This document shows, piece by piece, positions 13,725 through 27,014 of a stretch of DNA of 64,000 nucleotides (the first letter of the stretch is position 1; every line of letters begins with the position of its first letter). Below the pieces are notes generated by a model. It had not been told where the DNA came from, ran no database searches, and saw only the letters and a program-made list of their open reading frames with translations. The position numbers and the translations under genes are program-made. The stretch comes from Callorhinchus milii (lineage: Eukaryota), in assembly GCF_018977255.1 (NCBI RefSeq), contig NW_024704746.1:36270001-36334000 (forward strand). The letters run 5' to 3'.

Positions 13725-13942
13725 GGTGTGTGTGTGTGTGTGTCCCCAGCGCGGAGCTGCGGGTGTGTGTGTGTCCCCAGCGCGGAGCTGCGGGTGTGTG
13801 CGTGTCCCCAGCGCGGAGCTGCGGGTGTGTGTGTGTGTCCAGCGCGGAGCTGCTCTGTACATGCGTCCCCATGGTGGAGCTCATCTGTAAGTATCTGTCC
13901 CCAACGCGGAGCTGCCTTGACTGTGTGTGTGTGTGTGTGTGC
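13725..13942 (+). repeat. 31-bp minisatellite (ccccagcgcggagctgcgggtgtgtgtgtgt), 4 near-perfect plus 2 degenerate units, with (GT)n
   Basis: Tandem units read directly, immediately upstream of the CCT2 first exon. Confidence 0.9.
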
Positions 13943-14720
13943 GCTCCGCAACAGTCTCTATGGTGATAACATCCGGTTGAAGCGGCTTCATCCGGGCCAG
14001 TGACGGTTGGGGGGGGGCTATTTCCGGTGCTCGGTCTTCTTTCTGCACGAGGCGATTTGAAGCGAGTGATCATGGTGAGGAGTCGACCCCGGGGCCGATA
14101 ACGGTTACCCTCTCCCCCCCCTTCCCCCTCACCCCCACCACCCCGGGTTTTCTACGATTAACGTTCACACTCCCCTCCGGCGGTTCGCGGACCGAGCGCC
14201 GCCGCTTTCGAGCGCGAGCAGCGGCGACTGTGCGGGAGCCGAGCGGACCGGCTCCTGGGCCCGTTACTCGTTCTGTAACGAGCCGCTGGGTGGGGTGGGA
14301 GACCGACCGGCCGGCCGGCCGGCACCGGGGAAGCGAGGGAGCCGTTTTTTTGTGCGGGGAGGAGGGAGAGGAGCCCGTGGCGGTGTCTGGTGGGGGCGTG
14401 AGGAGGGGGGGTTTGGCTTCAATGGAAACTAAAAGCGCGGCCTCCCCTGGTGAGGGAACCCCGTGGATTTTTTTTTAGGTCTACAGGCCTCGCTCTCTCT
14501 CTCCCCCCCCGCCCCAATGCCCCACTCGCGTGCCCTCTCCCGGGGCCCCGGTAGCGCCTCCCGCGCCTGAGGGCGAAACCGGGCCCTCATCGAAGCTTCT
14601 GGTACTTCGGGGGGGAAGGGTGTGACTGCGCATGTGCAGTTGGAGCAGCAGGACAAGGAATGAATGAGCCGCACCTTCAGGGCCTCCAGACAGCGCCTCT
14701 CCCACTCCTGCAGCCAATGC
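13940..14720 (+). promoter_or_regulatory. CCT2: CCT2 CpG-island promoter and first intron
   Basis: CpG-dense. ETS-like cores (catccggt near 13970, tttccggt near 14021), a pyrimidine-rich initiator-like tract near 14036-14045, and NRF1-like tgcgcatgtgca near 14627. Confidence 0.75.
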
Positions 14721-17700
14721 TGCAAATCATCCTTACGTTTCACAGTTTTTTTTTTTGTAGGCGATCGTGGCAGCCGATGTACGCACAGCAATGGGAAACT
14801 TTTTAACATTTCATGAACGGGGAGACGGGGTCCTCGGTTTCACGTCTCGTCCGTCCAAAGCACAGCAACTCCCAACCGTGCAGCGAGCCCTTTGCACCAC
14901 GTTGGGAGTGTCTGCCTGGACTTGAGCTCAAAAGTCCCGATGTGGGGTTTGAACCCGTTACCTTTTAGCTCGGGGCGAGAGTGCTACCAACTGAGCCAGG
15001 CTGACACCTGAACAATATCACCTCTAATATTCACGCTGACTGCTTTTGTTGGCCGTTTGCTAAGTGCAGAATCCACCCTAGGGTTATTCTGCCATCCCAA
15101 TGCTTCCCCTCTTCACTCCCATCACCCATACGCCACAGGGACGTGTCAATGAAACTGATCACTTGTATAAATTTTAACACCCGCTCATTGTTATAGCTTT
15201 AAAAAGCATGATTGTAATTCTTACAATTAGAGTTTAGTTCAAATCTGTCTGGCGTAAAAATGCTTTGTTGGTTTATTTTTAACCATAAATTTCTCCAGAT
15301 AAGTCAATCACATCATGACTGCTTGTGGAACATTGCTGTGTGTAAATTGCCTGCCATGTTTGTGTTTCAAACGCAGTCACTATACCTTATGGTTAATCCT
15401 GTATAGTGCTTTGAGATTGCTTCCTAAAGTGAAGATGCTATAATCAAATGAAGGATGATTATTAATTTAACCAAGAATTTCCAGGGATGTTGGGAGAGGG
15501 AAATCTCTATTCAGACTTGCATGACACCGAACCCACTACCAGCTCCAGGGTATTGATAGCCAATATTTTGCGTGATGAGAATAATTTAAAGGCATGCTGA
15601 GTGAGTGTAAAACATTTTAGATCATTATTTTATGTTTATTTCCAACAGGCTTCCCTTTCACTAGCCCCTGTGAGTATATTCACACCTGGTGCCGATGAAG
15701 AAAAGGCAGAGACAGCTCGTCTGGTAAGATGCTTTAATAATTACTGCAAACAGCAATACACGATTCCCTCTGTTAGAGAATGTAGAATATTCCTGTTCTC
15801 AGTGGGAGCATTTTTGAAGAGACTGATGGCAATTTTTTATTTTTGTATTTTTTGCTTACCAAAGATGATGAGCTAAACAAATTACATACAATTACATAGT
15901 GCTGCAGGCCGTTCAACGTAACCCATGGATTATACTAGCTACCACTCCTCCTAATCCCATCTTCCATACCCTCTCTTCTCCCCATTTATGCATCCTTTTT
16001 TTTGCTTAACATGTTGATGCTTTCTGTTTTTCTACCATAGCATTTAGTAGTGAGCTCCACATTCTCACCACGTTTAAATTCTGAAGCACAACTTATGATA
16101 GTTACAACCTAAAACTAGTAGTTTGCATGTGTTTTAACCAAGAAGCATCTGTTAGCAACAGCTTCAGTTCCAATTCATTGACTTAAAGTTGGGGTTGGTG
16201 TTAACTAGTTACTGTAGAAAGGTGCTGTACTTACAGTTAATCTTCAAAACCAGCATTAGCTGCCCGTATATAGTACTTGTGTATTTGTCTAATTTTCAAA
16301 TTTAACTTATGTAGTTGTGGTATTTAATTTGGATTTTTTGGTTTAAATGTGGGATGGGTATACAGTAAAGTTTTTTTTGTAATTGTCATCAGTTGGTTTT
16401 CAAAAGTAATATGTGATTTCTTTCAGTCTTCCTTTGTCGGTGCTATTGCAGTTGGAGATTTGGTTAAAAGCACATTGGGACCAAAAGGCATGGTAAGTGA
16501 TGAGATTGAGATTTTGTAATATTGGTAATGATTTCTGACGATTCAAACAAAAACTTGCTGCATGTTAAACATTCTATGGTCTTGTTTTTCAAGATTACTG
16601 TCTCACATCAGCATTGGATATTTATAGTAATATTTCTAAGGATATGGTACAGTTGAAATTACATTCATTTAGAGAAGTGAAAACTGGAATTGGCACTGAA
16701 GGTTAAAACTATCTTTGCTTATCTGTTCCAGGACAAAATACTGATGAGTGGAGGGAAAGATAGTTCTGTAACAGTGACCAATGATGGAGCTACAATCCTT
16801 AAATCTATTGGTGTGGATAATCCAGCTGCTAAAGTTTTGGTTGGTGAGTTCAAACAATTCCTCATCTATCAATTTTAATGTTGACAAATGGCTTTTGCAT
16901 ACAATATTCCATAGGATTAGTACACCAAGTAAAAGTTAAATTTCGTGTAATATTTGGGAATGTTTGCAACTTTTACTTATACACAAGTTAGAAAAAACTT
17001 TGTTCATTCTTTCTATCTCTGATGATGGGTGGAAAGAATGAGTGATTTTTCCAACTTGTGTATAAATAAGATTTTTGGGTACTGTCTCTTATTTCTGGAA
17101 ACGTTAAGTAGCTTGTATTTGTCTTAAAAGTACGCTGTTTTGTCCTGTTCACAGACATGTCCAAGGTACAGGATGATGAAGTCGGAGATGGAACTACATC
17201 TGTGACTGTGCTGGCAGCTGAGCTCTTGCGGGTATGTGGTACATTATGATACTTGTAACTGTTGCTTTTTAAAAAGTGCACAGAGGACAAAACATTCTAA
17301 TGATTTTTTTTAAAAAGAAGTAATTTTTATATTTGAGTATTTCCACACCACTCAGTGGAGTGGTTTCTGTTCACATTATCTTTCAATTTATTAAAACAAT
17401 ACTAGGAATTCAATTCTTAAAAAATACTAGTAAATTTTGCATAGTCCGGTTCAAAAGAATTTCAGCACTACACTTAAACCGGAACAAAGCATTGTAGAGT
17501 CTTTATCATCCAACTGTGGCACTTAATCACCTGTTTCATTGAGGATGTGTATAATAATCTCAACTAAATTGCTGATAATGGAGCCAACAACAATGTAATG
17601 ATGTCCATCAATATAGCAACCATGAATGTAGCATTGCTTTGCATTATCACCCAAGATTGGTTTGGTTTGCTGAAGTCAACAATTCTTCCTGCACATAGCG

Positions 17701-20700
17701 GGCATGCACAGCATATTAGAAATGACATCAGCAACAACTGGAAAGTCAGCCATTTTCTGTGCCTCTCATAATACCACCATTGAGGCATTAGACACATTAT
17801 AAGAGGGATTCCCAGTGCTAAACAAAGTGCTTTTTTGTGTAAATCAGCATCTTTGTAAGTCAAAACCCTAATGTGTAGAGTGGTCCTAGCAGGTCAAGCA
17901 GCAGGAAGCTTACCAGACGGTGCTTTCAATGACAAGCTATGCAGTGATGTAAAGCATGGTGATTGATGTGCTTCTGCATGTGTCTTGCCCAGATGACCAA
18001 AAACAATGTAAAACACTTTTGGTGTATTTTTATTATGTACTAATAAAATAACTGTCCGTCTGTGTGTCAATTATCTGACAATTACGTAATAACTGATTGA
18101 CGTAGAGACATGATTTATACCTCATCGGAAAGGTCTTGCATCTGGCAGTGTCATGGGCATATTTCTTTGGGGGGGGGATCTCCTATCATTGATGAACTAT
18201 ATTAAAAAATGCTATATTAAAAAATTAAGCCCCAAAATATGAGGTATGCATCGTATTCTGCAACTACATAGTGACAGAGGAAAGCACTCACCATTCAGAG
18301 AGATGCATCTATATTCTGCAACAAATGTAATGCACTTTTTTGTGGTTGTCATAGGAGCTAGAGTCCGCCCATGTGGGAGAGAGAGAGAGACAGATAGTGA
18401 GAGAGACTGAGAGAGAATATTATATAAAGTGTGACTATTTTGTGTGAGAGAGAGAGGGAGCGAGACGGAGAGGGAAAGAGAGAGAGACAGGAAGACTGAA
18501 GAAAATATATTAAAGGAGTCCTCCCACAGGAGTCCTCCCAGCTGAGTATAACGTCTAAACAAAATGTTTGTGTCAATCTACATTCCATATTGGATCCTTT
18601 GGTTGCAAGCGAAGCTGTAATGCTACAGCTAGTATGTAATAATAATATAATCCTATAATAATAATCCTTGTATTTGATGTAGCGCCTCATCATGTTTTCG
18701 ATATGTTTTAAAGCGCTTCACAGGATACACAGTAAAGTTTAGTGACTGTGTCTGTGTGTTTTGTGAGCCAAACGCAGCAGCCAATTGCGCACAGCAGTGT
18801 CCCACAAACAGTCATGGGTTGAGTGACCAAATTATTATTATTTATCTTTTTTTNATACTTCTCAGGAAGCAGAATCTCTTGTTGCTAGAAAACTTCATCC
18901 TCAGACAATTATTGCAGGCTGGAGAAAGGCAACACAAGCGGCGAGAGATGCTTTGGAAAAAGCTGCAGTGGATCATGGGTTAGATTCTGTTTTTGTTGTT
19001 TTTGTTTCTATGAAAGCAGTTTGAAAAATAAGAAGCGTAAAACTAAACAAGCGATAGTTTTGACAAAAGACTAAAGTACTATAGAATTGTGTACTTTTTA
19101 ACTCCCTCTTTACAGTTGTCAAAAATTGAGAAATGTATACAGTGACCTGGATAAACTAAAAGTAAAAATTGCTGGATATGGTAAGTTTCACCAGCTATGG
19201 ACAGTGTGCATTATCTCAGTTTTGGATGTTAAGATTAAATCTTGCGTAGTATTGAACCATTGTTTTGCCAGTAACTTAAATTGGAAAAAATAGAATTTAA
19301 AAAAACTGATTATTTGAAGCTGTACCTATTTATCTAACTTGGAGGGGGCAGGCTACAATAACAATCTACACATTTAGTTTATGTTCTGAAATCTGGGGAA
19401 AATAAAAATCATCAGGTTTACTGAGAAGAGACATTGATTGTTCATCACTGCACATCATATTTGTGCATGAAATCATGTAGACTGAAAACTGCCTTTTCTG
19501 TTAAGAATCTGATTTTGGCAGTAGTCATTATTTTCATGCTTGTTTTGAAGACTTTGGGGCTTGATTTATAGGTTCTTTGTATTATTTATCATGTTAAATA
19601 TATTCTGACTACATTCTACATTGTGGAGCCTGGGGTTGTGTAGTTGCGTTACATTTACATTTTTTGAAATGTTCTGAAGTAGTTTCCCTCATTTTACTAT
19701 TTTCAGGAATGATGAAGCCAAATTCCGTGAAGACCTGATGAACATTTCCAGGACTACACTTTCATCCAAGTTACTGACTCATCACAAAAATCACTTTGCT
19801 AATCTAGCAGTGGAAGCTGTGATGAGGCTTAAAGGTTCTGGTAACCTTGAAGCTATTCATGTGATCAAGAAACTTGGAGGGAGCTTAATTGATTCCTACC
19901 TGGATGAAGGTGAGATATTTCAGAGTCTTATTGAAGAATGTTGCAATGTCGACTTGCTGGGTACATTTGAATTTTTTTAATCAAATCTGGACAGATGAAT
20001 GATCGTGTTCCTCTGTTCAAATGCTTAATGGTAGTTAATCTAAAAATGAATGTGGTCTTTGGAATGTGGAAATATTGAATATGTATGTAATCATCTTTTC
20101 CATCCCATCCAATATTGGATCTTCCCATTTTTCTTTGAGATCCTCTGAATTTCTTTGGATAAATTCAGTAGATTTGGGCACATACTTTCGCCCACAAAAT
20201 ATACAGTCAATTAATTTTACAGTATTTTCTGTGAAACGCTTTGAGATGTCTCAAAGACATGATAAGGCGTTATATCAAGTGCAAGAATTATTATTATTTA
20301 AGTATAGAAATTCATCTTTTTGTAAAAGTATCGAGCATGTTATTTTGGATAATGTGATACTTTTAATCTACAGAGATAGCTAGTTTATAAAATGTAGGGA
20401 GACAAAGCAATGGAACCAAAATGTTGTTTATTTATGCTACACAGAATGGAACATTTGTACAATCAGTTGTAGGGCCCATCATCCCTATTTTATTGAAGAA
20501 TACAAACACAGGCAAAATCCTAATGACCAAATTTATTGTGGACAATGTAATTAATAAACCTGTATTATTTGCCAGAGCTTTACAGAAATAGTGGAAGTCC
20601 TGTAGCTCAGTGGTTAGAGCACTCGCCTGGGTGAGTGAAGCACCTGGGTTCAATTCCAGGGAGGGCGAAACCTTGGGCAGGTTTCCTTACTCCACACGCC

Positions 20701-23700
20701 TAATAATAATCCCCCCAAAAAGAAACAATAATAAATTGATCATTTTCAATCCACGACTGTTTGTGGGACACTGCTGTGCGCAATTGGCTGCCGTGTTTCA
20801 CCCACAAATATACGGTCAATTCACTTTACAACATATTCTGTGAAGCTCTTTGAGACGTCTAGAAGACGTGAAAAGCGCTATATCAAATGCAAGGATTATT
20901 ATTATGTGGTTTGTCTGTATGGCAGAAGGCATTTTACTTTTTTGAATCTACAGAAAACTGTCAGTATCAAGAATGCTAACTCTGGAACTGCTAGCTTTTA
21001 TTTTTTTTTAAAAAAATGTGTGTAATTCTTTCTAGGTTTTCTTTTGGATAAGAAGATTGGAGTTAATCAGCCAAAGAGAATTGAAAATGCAAAGATTCTG
21101 ATTGCAAACACTGGCATGGACACAGACAAGATTAAGGTGCGGAGATTGCTTCTATTTTATGATGGAGCCCCTGCCACCTTAATGTTTATTAAACTAGATA
21201 TCTGTAACTACTTAAAATGTCTAAAAAAATCTTATCTTTTGCATATTTCGACAGGTATTTGGCTCTCGTGTGAGAGTAGATTCTACAGCAAAGGTTGTAG
21301 AGATCGAATTAGCTGAAAAGGAAAAGATGAAGGAGAAAGTTGAACGTATCCTGAAACATGGAATTAATTGCTTCATCAATAGGTAGTTATATTTTTAAAT
21401 TTTAGGCTTACAGTATTTGAAAAGGCATTCTTGTGAATTGAAGTCTCTTTGACCATGTTGAATACCCTTTTCTTTATTCCAGACAGCTTATTTATAACTA
21501 TCCTGAACAGCTGTTTGGTGCTGCAGGTGTTATGGCTATTGAACATGCTGATTTTGCTGGAATTGAACGACTTTCACTCGTAACAGGTAAGACAAGATAT
21601 GATCTATATCTTAGTTTTTTTACACTCCTTAATTCTCTTTAATTTATTGTTGTCCAAGTGTCTTACATCATTTCTTTCTTTAGAATTCATTTTCCTTATC
21701 CTCCTTGGGAAGGCTACTTCAGCTAATTATTTTAAAACAGCAGTTTGTCTTGATTATTTCGTACTCTGCATTTAGGACCTACTGATTGATTGTTACACTG
21801 GTATCTCATGGACTTCATAAATAAATAAATAAATAATCCTTGCATTTGATATAGCGCTTTTCAAGTCTTCTAGACGTCTCAAAGAGCTTTGCAGAATAGA
21901 CTAAAGTGAATTGACTGTATATTTGTGGGCGAAAGATGTGATGAACATCAGACACTTGAAAATATTGCAACCGATGTATTAGATTTGTTTTAAATTGTTG
22001 ATGATAAAACTCTGTTTAAGAGTATATCACTTCTGTTTCAGTAATAAATTATCTGGATTCTCACACTTAATATTTACATGGATTTGAATCAGTTGCTCTG
22101 GAGTATTTATTTGCCTTAGAGAGCAGAATACAGTAGGTCACCTGCAAAAAACTGGTATGCAGATTAATGTTTACAATGGAGTATACCAAATCTGACTTCC
22201 ATTTTCCTTATTGGTATAGTGTTTAAAGTTCTGTATTTACCTATCAATTCATTTACAGAATTCTAAGTCCTAAATTTAAACCGTGAACTCCAAGGAGAAT
22301 GGACATTTTGTAATGCAGAATTGTATCAAATTACATTTTGAAATTGTGGTGAAAAGTTTGCAAGTCATATGAAAGAAATAAACAGAAAAGCTAGATTTGG
22401 TTAATGTGCTGAACGTAACCTCATTGATTGTGATTTTAATTTCAGGTGGTGAAATTGCTTCTACTTTTGACCACCCTGAGCTGGTTAAGCTAGGAGAATG
22501 TAAAGTTATTGAAGAGGTCATGATTGGTGAGGACAAACTGATCCATTTCTCTGGAGTAGCACTTGGTAAGTAATTCTCGAGCACATCAGCAGATTACTAA
22601 AAACAGGCCAAATATGGCATTACTTTCTGTGAGGAATAAATAAAATTTAGTTCTATTTTTAAACATCATTATTAAGTCTTTTTACATTCAAATTTAATGT
22701 AAAATGTTTTCACAATGCATTGATTAGACCTGGATCTAGTTTTCTTGAGTTTGAGTTATTTGATAGTAGTTGTGCTTCAACTGGTTTTAGCACGACCAAG
22801 TTAGAAAGGAGAACCCCCCATTCTTAATTGCCATCCAGTAATCCTAGGTGGAAATTTCTTGGCAGAGGCTGGGGTTGGGCCTGCTCTCCATAAAGCTTGA
22901 CAAATTCTTATTCTTTAGCTTCGTATATGAAGAATTCCTGCTGAGGCGAGTGAGACATCTTAGGAACTGTAATGTGGCACAGGTCTGCCCACAGGAAAGT
23001 ACGGGTGGAGAAAATTAACTTGGCAATGACTTGCTGTATCTTTCTCTATTCCTATAGGTGAGGCATGCACCATTGTTCTTCGTGGAGCAACTCAACAGAT
23101 TCTTGATGAGGCTGAAAGATCTTTGCATGATGCCCTCTGTGTACTTGCTCAGACAGTGAAAGAAACCAGAACAGTGTTTGGAGGAGGTAAGTTACTAGAA
23201 TGTTGCATGTACTTGTGGAAAGCCACATACTACAAGGTTCTTAGGGTTTCACACTCCACCGGAGTGGGGTAGCCTATTTGGTGACTGGTCTCAGCAGGAG
23301 TACGATCCTATCTAAATTAAGTTTACATATGCATATTTCTGGGAGTTTGTCAATCCCCATGAATTTAAATCTCCATCTTTGGGCTAAGGCTGTTTCCTTT
23401 TGTCTTTTGGGTAAAATCAATTCCAAGAATCTCATTATAAAATTCTAGAAAAAGATTACAAAGGGGATACAGTAGTGGAATTTTGAATTTTTTTGCGTAA
23501 TGCGTGACATGTTTGGAAAGAAGAAAAAGTGCCTCTGACTAAGACTTTTTAATGTTGTATATTAAGAATCACTTTTTGGCTTTTTTAAAAAAAAGCAAGT
23601 TGAATGGATTACAAAAGTAACTGTATAGTGAAAATTGACTTGTTGGAGAACTTAATGCACAACAATGATGTTTGCATGTGTTCTCTTATGCAGGACATTA

Positions 23701-24861
23701 CAAAAAATGCCTTTTCAATTTAAATATTCAATTTAAATATTTTTGTCTAGGTTGCTCAGAGATGTTGATGGCAAAAGCTGTGACTGAACTGGCTGTTAGA
23801 ACTCCAGGCAAGGAGGCATTGGCAATGGAGTCGTTTGCTAAAGCACTAGCAATGGTAGGTTTTATTTGGGACTGTGTGCTATGTCTTTTGTTTCCCCACT
23901 TCTAGCTCAATAGAAATAGCTTTTAGTGGCTATGATTACCAGAATCTGCATTTTGGATGATTTGGAGAAAACATCTATTTGCATTTCTAAAGTTTGTGAC
24001 ACATAAATTATTGTGGTGGTAAATTCATCAAAGAAGCATTTTGATGCAATTTTTTTCTTTCCAGCTGCCTATTATCATAGCTGATAATGCTGGATACGAT
24101 AGTGCAGATTTAGTGGCTCAGTTGCGAGCTGCCCACAGTGAAGGAAAAACAACATATGGATTAGGTGAGTAATCTGCAGAGAATATTAATTTGATATTGA
24201 AATAGTAATTTTGCAGTGTTTTGTTGTACTAACTGAAAGCTGCAAACTTTTTTCGCAGATATGTGCAATGGCACAATTGGAGACATGGTGCAGTTGGGTA
24301 TTACAGAGAGTTTCCAAGTGAAGAGACAGGTTTTGTTGAGTGCATCAGAAGCATCTGAAATGATCCTTCGAGTGGATAACATTATTAAGGCGGCACCAAG
24401 GTGTGTATCAATACAATACAAAAAAAATACATTTATATACTGCCTTTCATGTCGGGAGGAGATCCCAAGGTGCTCGACAGTCCTGGCTTGGCACTTGGTA
24501 TCAGCAACCTAAGTCCGAATTTTTATAGCAACCTGTTACATAAACAGATTTGAACCTTTCTGTTGAAGTTTTGTTGGAATTTGGCATTACACGTTGCAGG
24601 TTTTCAAATGTTTCACACAATTTGCTCATTAATATCCTTTTTCGCTGAAGTGTAGTTGAAGAATCTAATGGTAAAAATTGACTGCATTCTCTTAGTATTG
24701 ATCATACTTTTACCGGTTGTAAATGATGAGGAATTTTGCCCAGCAGGATTATATTTAACAAATGATGTATTTGTACTGCATTATAGAGTATGTGTGTACA
24801 CATCAGTAACATGGGCTGTTTTTATTTCAGGAAACGAGTACCTGACCATCATCCTTGTTAA
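14072..24861 (+). CDS. CCT2: T-complex protein 1 subunit beta (chaperonin CCT-beta), 16 exons, 535 aa
   Basis: Exons 14072-14074 (ATG only), 15649-15723, 16427-16492, 16732-16843, 17155-17231, 18866-18978, 19707-19909, 21036-21136, 21255-21382, 21483-21586, 22446-22565, 23058-23186, 23751-23854, 24065-24164, 24259-24400, 24831-24861 sum to 1608 nt. Motifs [26 protein letters not shown] and C-terminal [12 protein letters not shown]. Confidence 0.97.
14820..15010 (-). mobile_element. Deu-type SINE 5' fragment in CCT2 intron 1
   Basis: Reverse strand reads gtgtcagcctggctcagttggtagcactctcgcccc...gggttcaaacccc, a tRNA-like head. Confidence 0.7.
17540..18000 (-). mobile_element. Possible highly degenerate LINE reverse-transcriptase fragment in CCT2 intron 5
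   Basis: Minus strand has only remnant resemblance to the RT LD..AFD.VW and PV..GVPQG regions. No clean open frame. Confidence 0.3.
18378..18492 (+). repeat. (GA)n-rich microsatellite
   Basis: Interrupted gagagaga tracts read directly. Confidence 0.85.
18640..18845 (-). mobile_element. SINE 3' half, antisense, abutting the CCT2 exon 6 acceptor
   Basis: ataatccttgtatttgatgtagcgcc...gcagccaattgcgcacagcagtgtcccacaaacagtc is the reverse complement of the family body. Confidence 0.8.
20594..20905 (+). mobile_element. Full-length tRNA-derived SINE with L2-like tail
   Basis: Head gtcctgtagctcagtggttagagcactcgc...gggttcaattcc with A and B boxes. Tail gcgctatatcaaatgcaaggattattatta. Near-identical to copies at 39994, 43033 and 53505. 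Confidence 0.9.
22725..23017 (+). mobile_element. LF-SINE-like relic in CCT2 intron 11
   Basis: Colinear blocks gtgcttcaactgg, ccatccagtaatcctaggtggaaa, atgaagaatt...gaggcgag, ggaactgta and ggagaaaatt follow the order of the LF-SINE consensus as recalled. Confidence 0.55.
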
Positions 24862-25082
24862 GCCTACAATGTTGGTGTCCAGAACATGTGGGTTTCATGT
24901 CTACAGTGAGCACTGAGGCAGCACCCAGTGAATAATAGCTGATGCTTTGTATTTATAAAATTGTAGTACTTTTAAGAATCTTGTTTTTTGGGTCTCAATT
25001 TCACTTGATCCATTAGCTTTGTGCAGAATAGTTCAGACCGTAATTGCAAGATGTGATTCAGGCTGTATTCAGGACATGTTAC

Positions 25083-25088
25083 ATTAAA
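25083..25088 (+). terminator. CCT2: Probable CCT2 poly(A) signal ATTAAA
   Basis: About 220 nt after the stop and followed by a T-rich tract. An alternative AATAAA lies near 25484. Confidence 0.45.
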
Positions 25089-26234
25089 GTTTTTTTTTAT
25101 CACAAATGTGCTTTTTTTTATTTATAAAAGAAGAATATTAGAAGAAAAGGGTTTGCAAAGCAGGCTAGCTTTTTCTCATTCAATAGTTTTGGGGTATTAT
25201 GGTGGTTGAAAGCACAGCTGCCAGTGTGAAATGGAGGGGATGTGGGAGGGTGAAAAGTTGAGATTTTGTGAGTGGGTTGGTGACGCCAAACTTGAGTTTT
25301 TAAAGCCTGTTCATTGTAGAAGTGATGCAAGACTGAGATATGCTATAAGAGCCTCCCAAGTTATAGGAGCAGTATTGAAGCCTAGGATTTGGGCTTTTTA
25401 GCCTAAGAGCTGTTGAGGGGGAAAACATGTTTAGCATGAGCAGAATGTAAAAAATCAAGCTTTATAGCCATACTGAATATTGTAATAAAAATGACTCTAG
25501 TTATTTAGCACAATTCAGTACTGCATTACAATACATATTTTAAATTAATAGAATTACATAACTGCAATCCTTCAACATACTGTATAAAAAACTTTTAATT
25601 ATTTAAGTAGGATTGACAGTACCTATTAAGTACATCAACAACTGTTTGCTTACAAATGAACAATCACAGCAACAACACAATTACATTTATAGAGCGCCTT
25701 TCACATCAGGAGGACGTCCCAAAGCGCTGAACTTCACAGTAAATTCCAGTGTAGTGCTGTGAATGCCTTAACGTATTAAAGCGCTTTTATCAAATCCAAA
25801 GATGGTTATTCTTAAACTGCTGGTTTAGGAGCACTCACTGATGGGGAGGAAGCCAGCAGTCTGATCAAAATCGAGCAGTAATCTGCACCAAGTCCGGAGT
25901 GAAAGATGATGAAGTGGCCCTATGTCTTGAATGATGTGAAATGGAATACACAGGAAAGTTCTGGTTTTTTGGACATTTAACAGTTAATTTTATTGCTGTC
26001 AACAGCTACAGTTCATTTTCTCAGCTCAATTTTCGTTTTTCTTCGGCGGATGCTGATTCACGTTGAAATGCAGTCCCAAAGGCATTCCCTGGAGCCTCAC
26101 TTAATGGGGCCATTTTTTGTGAAAGAATCTGGGTGAATATTTGTAGCTTATTTGGTGGTGGTTTGAGGGGAGAGGTGGACCCATTGTATTTGAACTTGAA
26201 GCCAAGAATCGCTCATGGTCTTAGCCTTTAAATA

Positions 26235-26555
26235 AATAGCAAAATGTGGTGACTAGGTGGAAAGCAGCAGCCAATTTGCCACATAAAATGCCAGAAGGTG
26301 AATCCAATTTATTTTGGAGGATTGGTGACCATGACACCGGGAGAAATTCCCTTCTCTTTTCTGTTAGCGACACGGGATCTTTAACATTATCCAGCCCAGG
26401 CAGACAGGATCTAATTTTAACATTTTATCTGATGAGTAGCATTGCCAACAATAATGTTCTCACCCAGCATCACATTGAAGCAGCAGTCTGGATTGCGATT
26501 ACATGAAGTTCAAACTTTTACCCTGAGCGATGAGGGCGTGACTAATTGAGCCAAA
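26235..26555 (-). mobile_element. Degenerate Deu-type SINE
   Basis: gcagccaatttgc...cacgggatctttaac...actaattgagccaa matches the 30443-30870 copy. Confidence 0.6.
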
Positions 26556-27014
26556 TTATCATTCAAATATGAATCAAATTCTGTTTTTAGTGTTATGGTC
26601 TCAACTTTATTTGGTACTTGTGACATGTATTCCAAGTTGCAATAAACTTAAGCATGAAAAAAACACAACTGTTCCCACGGTAATCTTTCGCCCACGAAAT
26701 ATACAGTCAATTTACTTTACAGTGTTCTGTGAAGCGCTTTGATATGTCTCGAAGACGTGATAAGATGAGTTCCTAAGATATCTATCGAAAAATTGGGCGT
26801 TTCTACTGCCATGATCTGCGTCGAGGGCTGATCTCAGTCGAGATAAATCGTATTCCGTTTCCTATTCTCCAACAATTCCTCTTCGCCTGATAATATTTAG
26901 TCCCTTATTTAGTTTAGTTTAAAAAAAATGTTGTTTGAACTGGAAATCTAGCACCAATTACCAACTCCACTGGGGGGTGGCTAAGGATTGCATTTTTTCT
27001 GTGCCTTCTATCCC

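Noticed and set aside
13527-14073. Several 110-145 aa ORFs with repeated THTHT/CVCV
   Set aside because: Translations of the promoter VNTR.
17335-17378. Hairpin accactc-agtg-gagtggt followed by ACA in CCT2 intron 5, a possible H/ACA snoRNA
   Set aside because: ACA is only 8 nt from the upper stem instead of 14-16, and there is no well-placed 5' hairpin and H box.
15571-24780. TGATGA and CTGA words in CCT2 introns 1, 3 and 15, possible C/D snoRNAs
   Set aside because: Box spacing is too short or box D is missing, and there are no terminal stems.
25815-25860. Stem actgctggttt / aagccagcagt downstream of CCT2
   Set aside because: An 11-bp stem with a large, poorly paired loop is within chance expectation.
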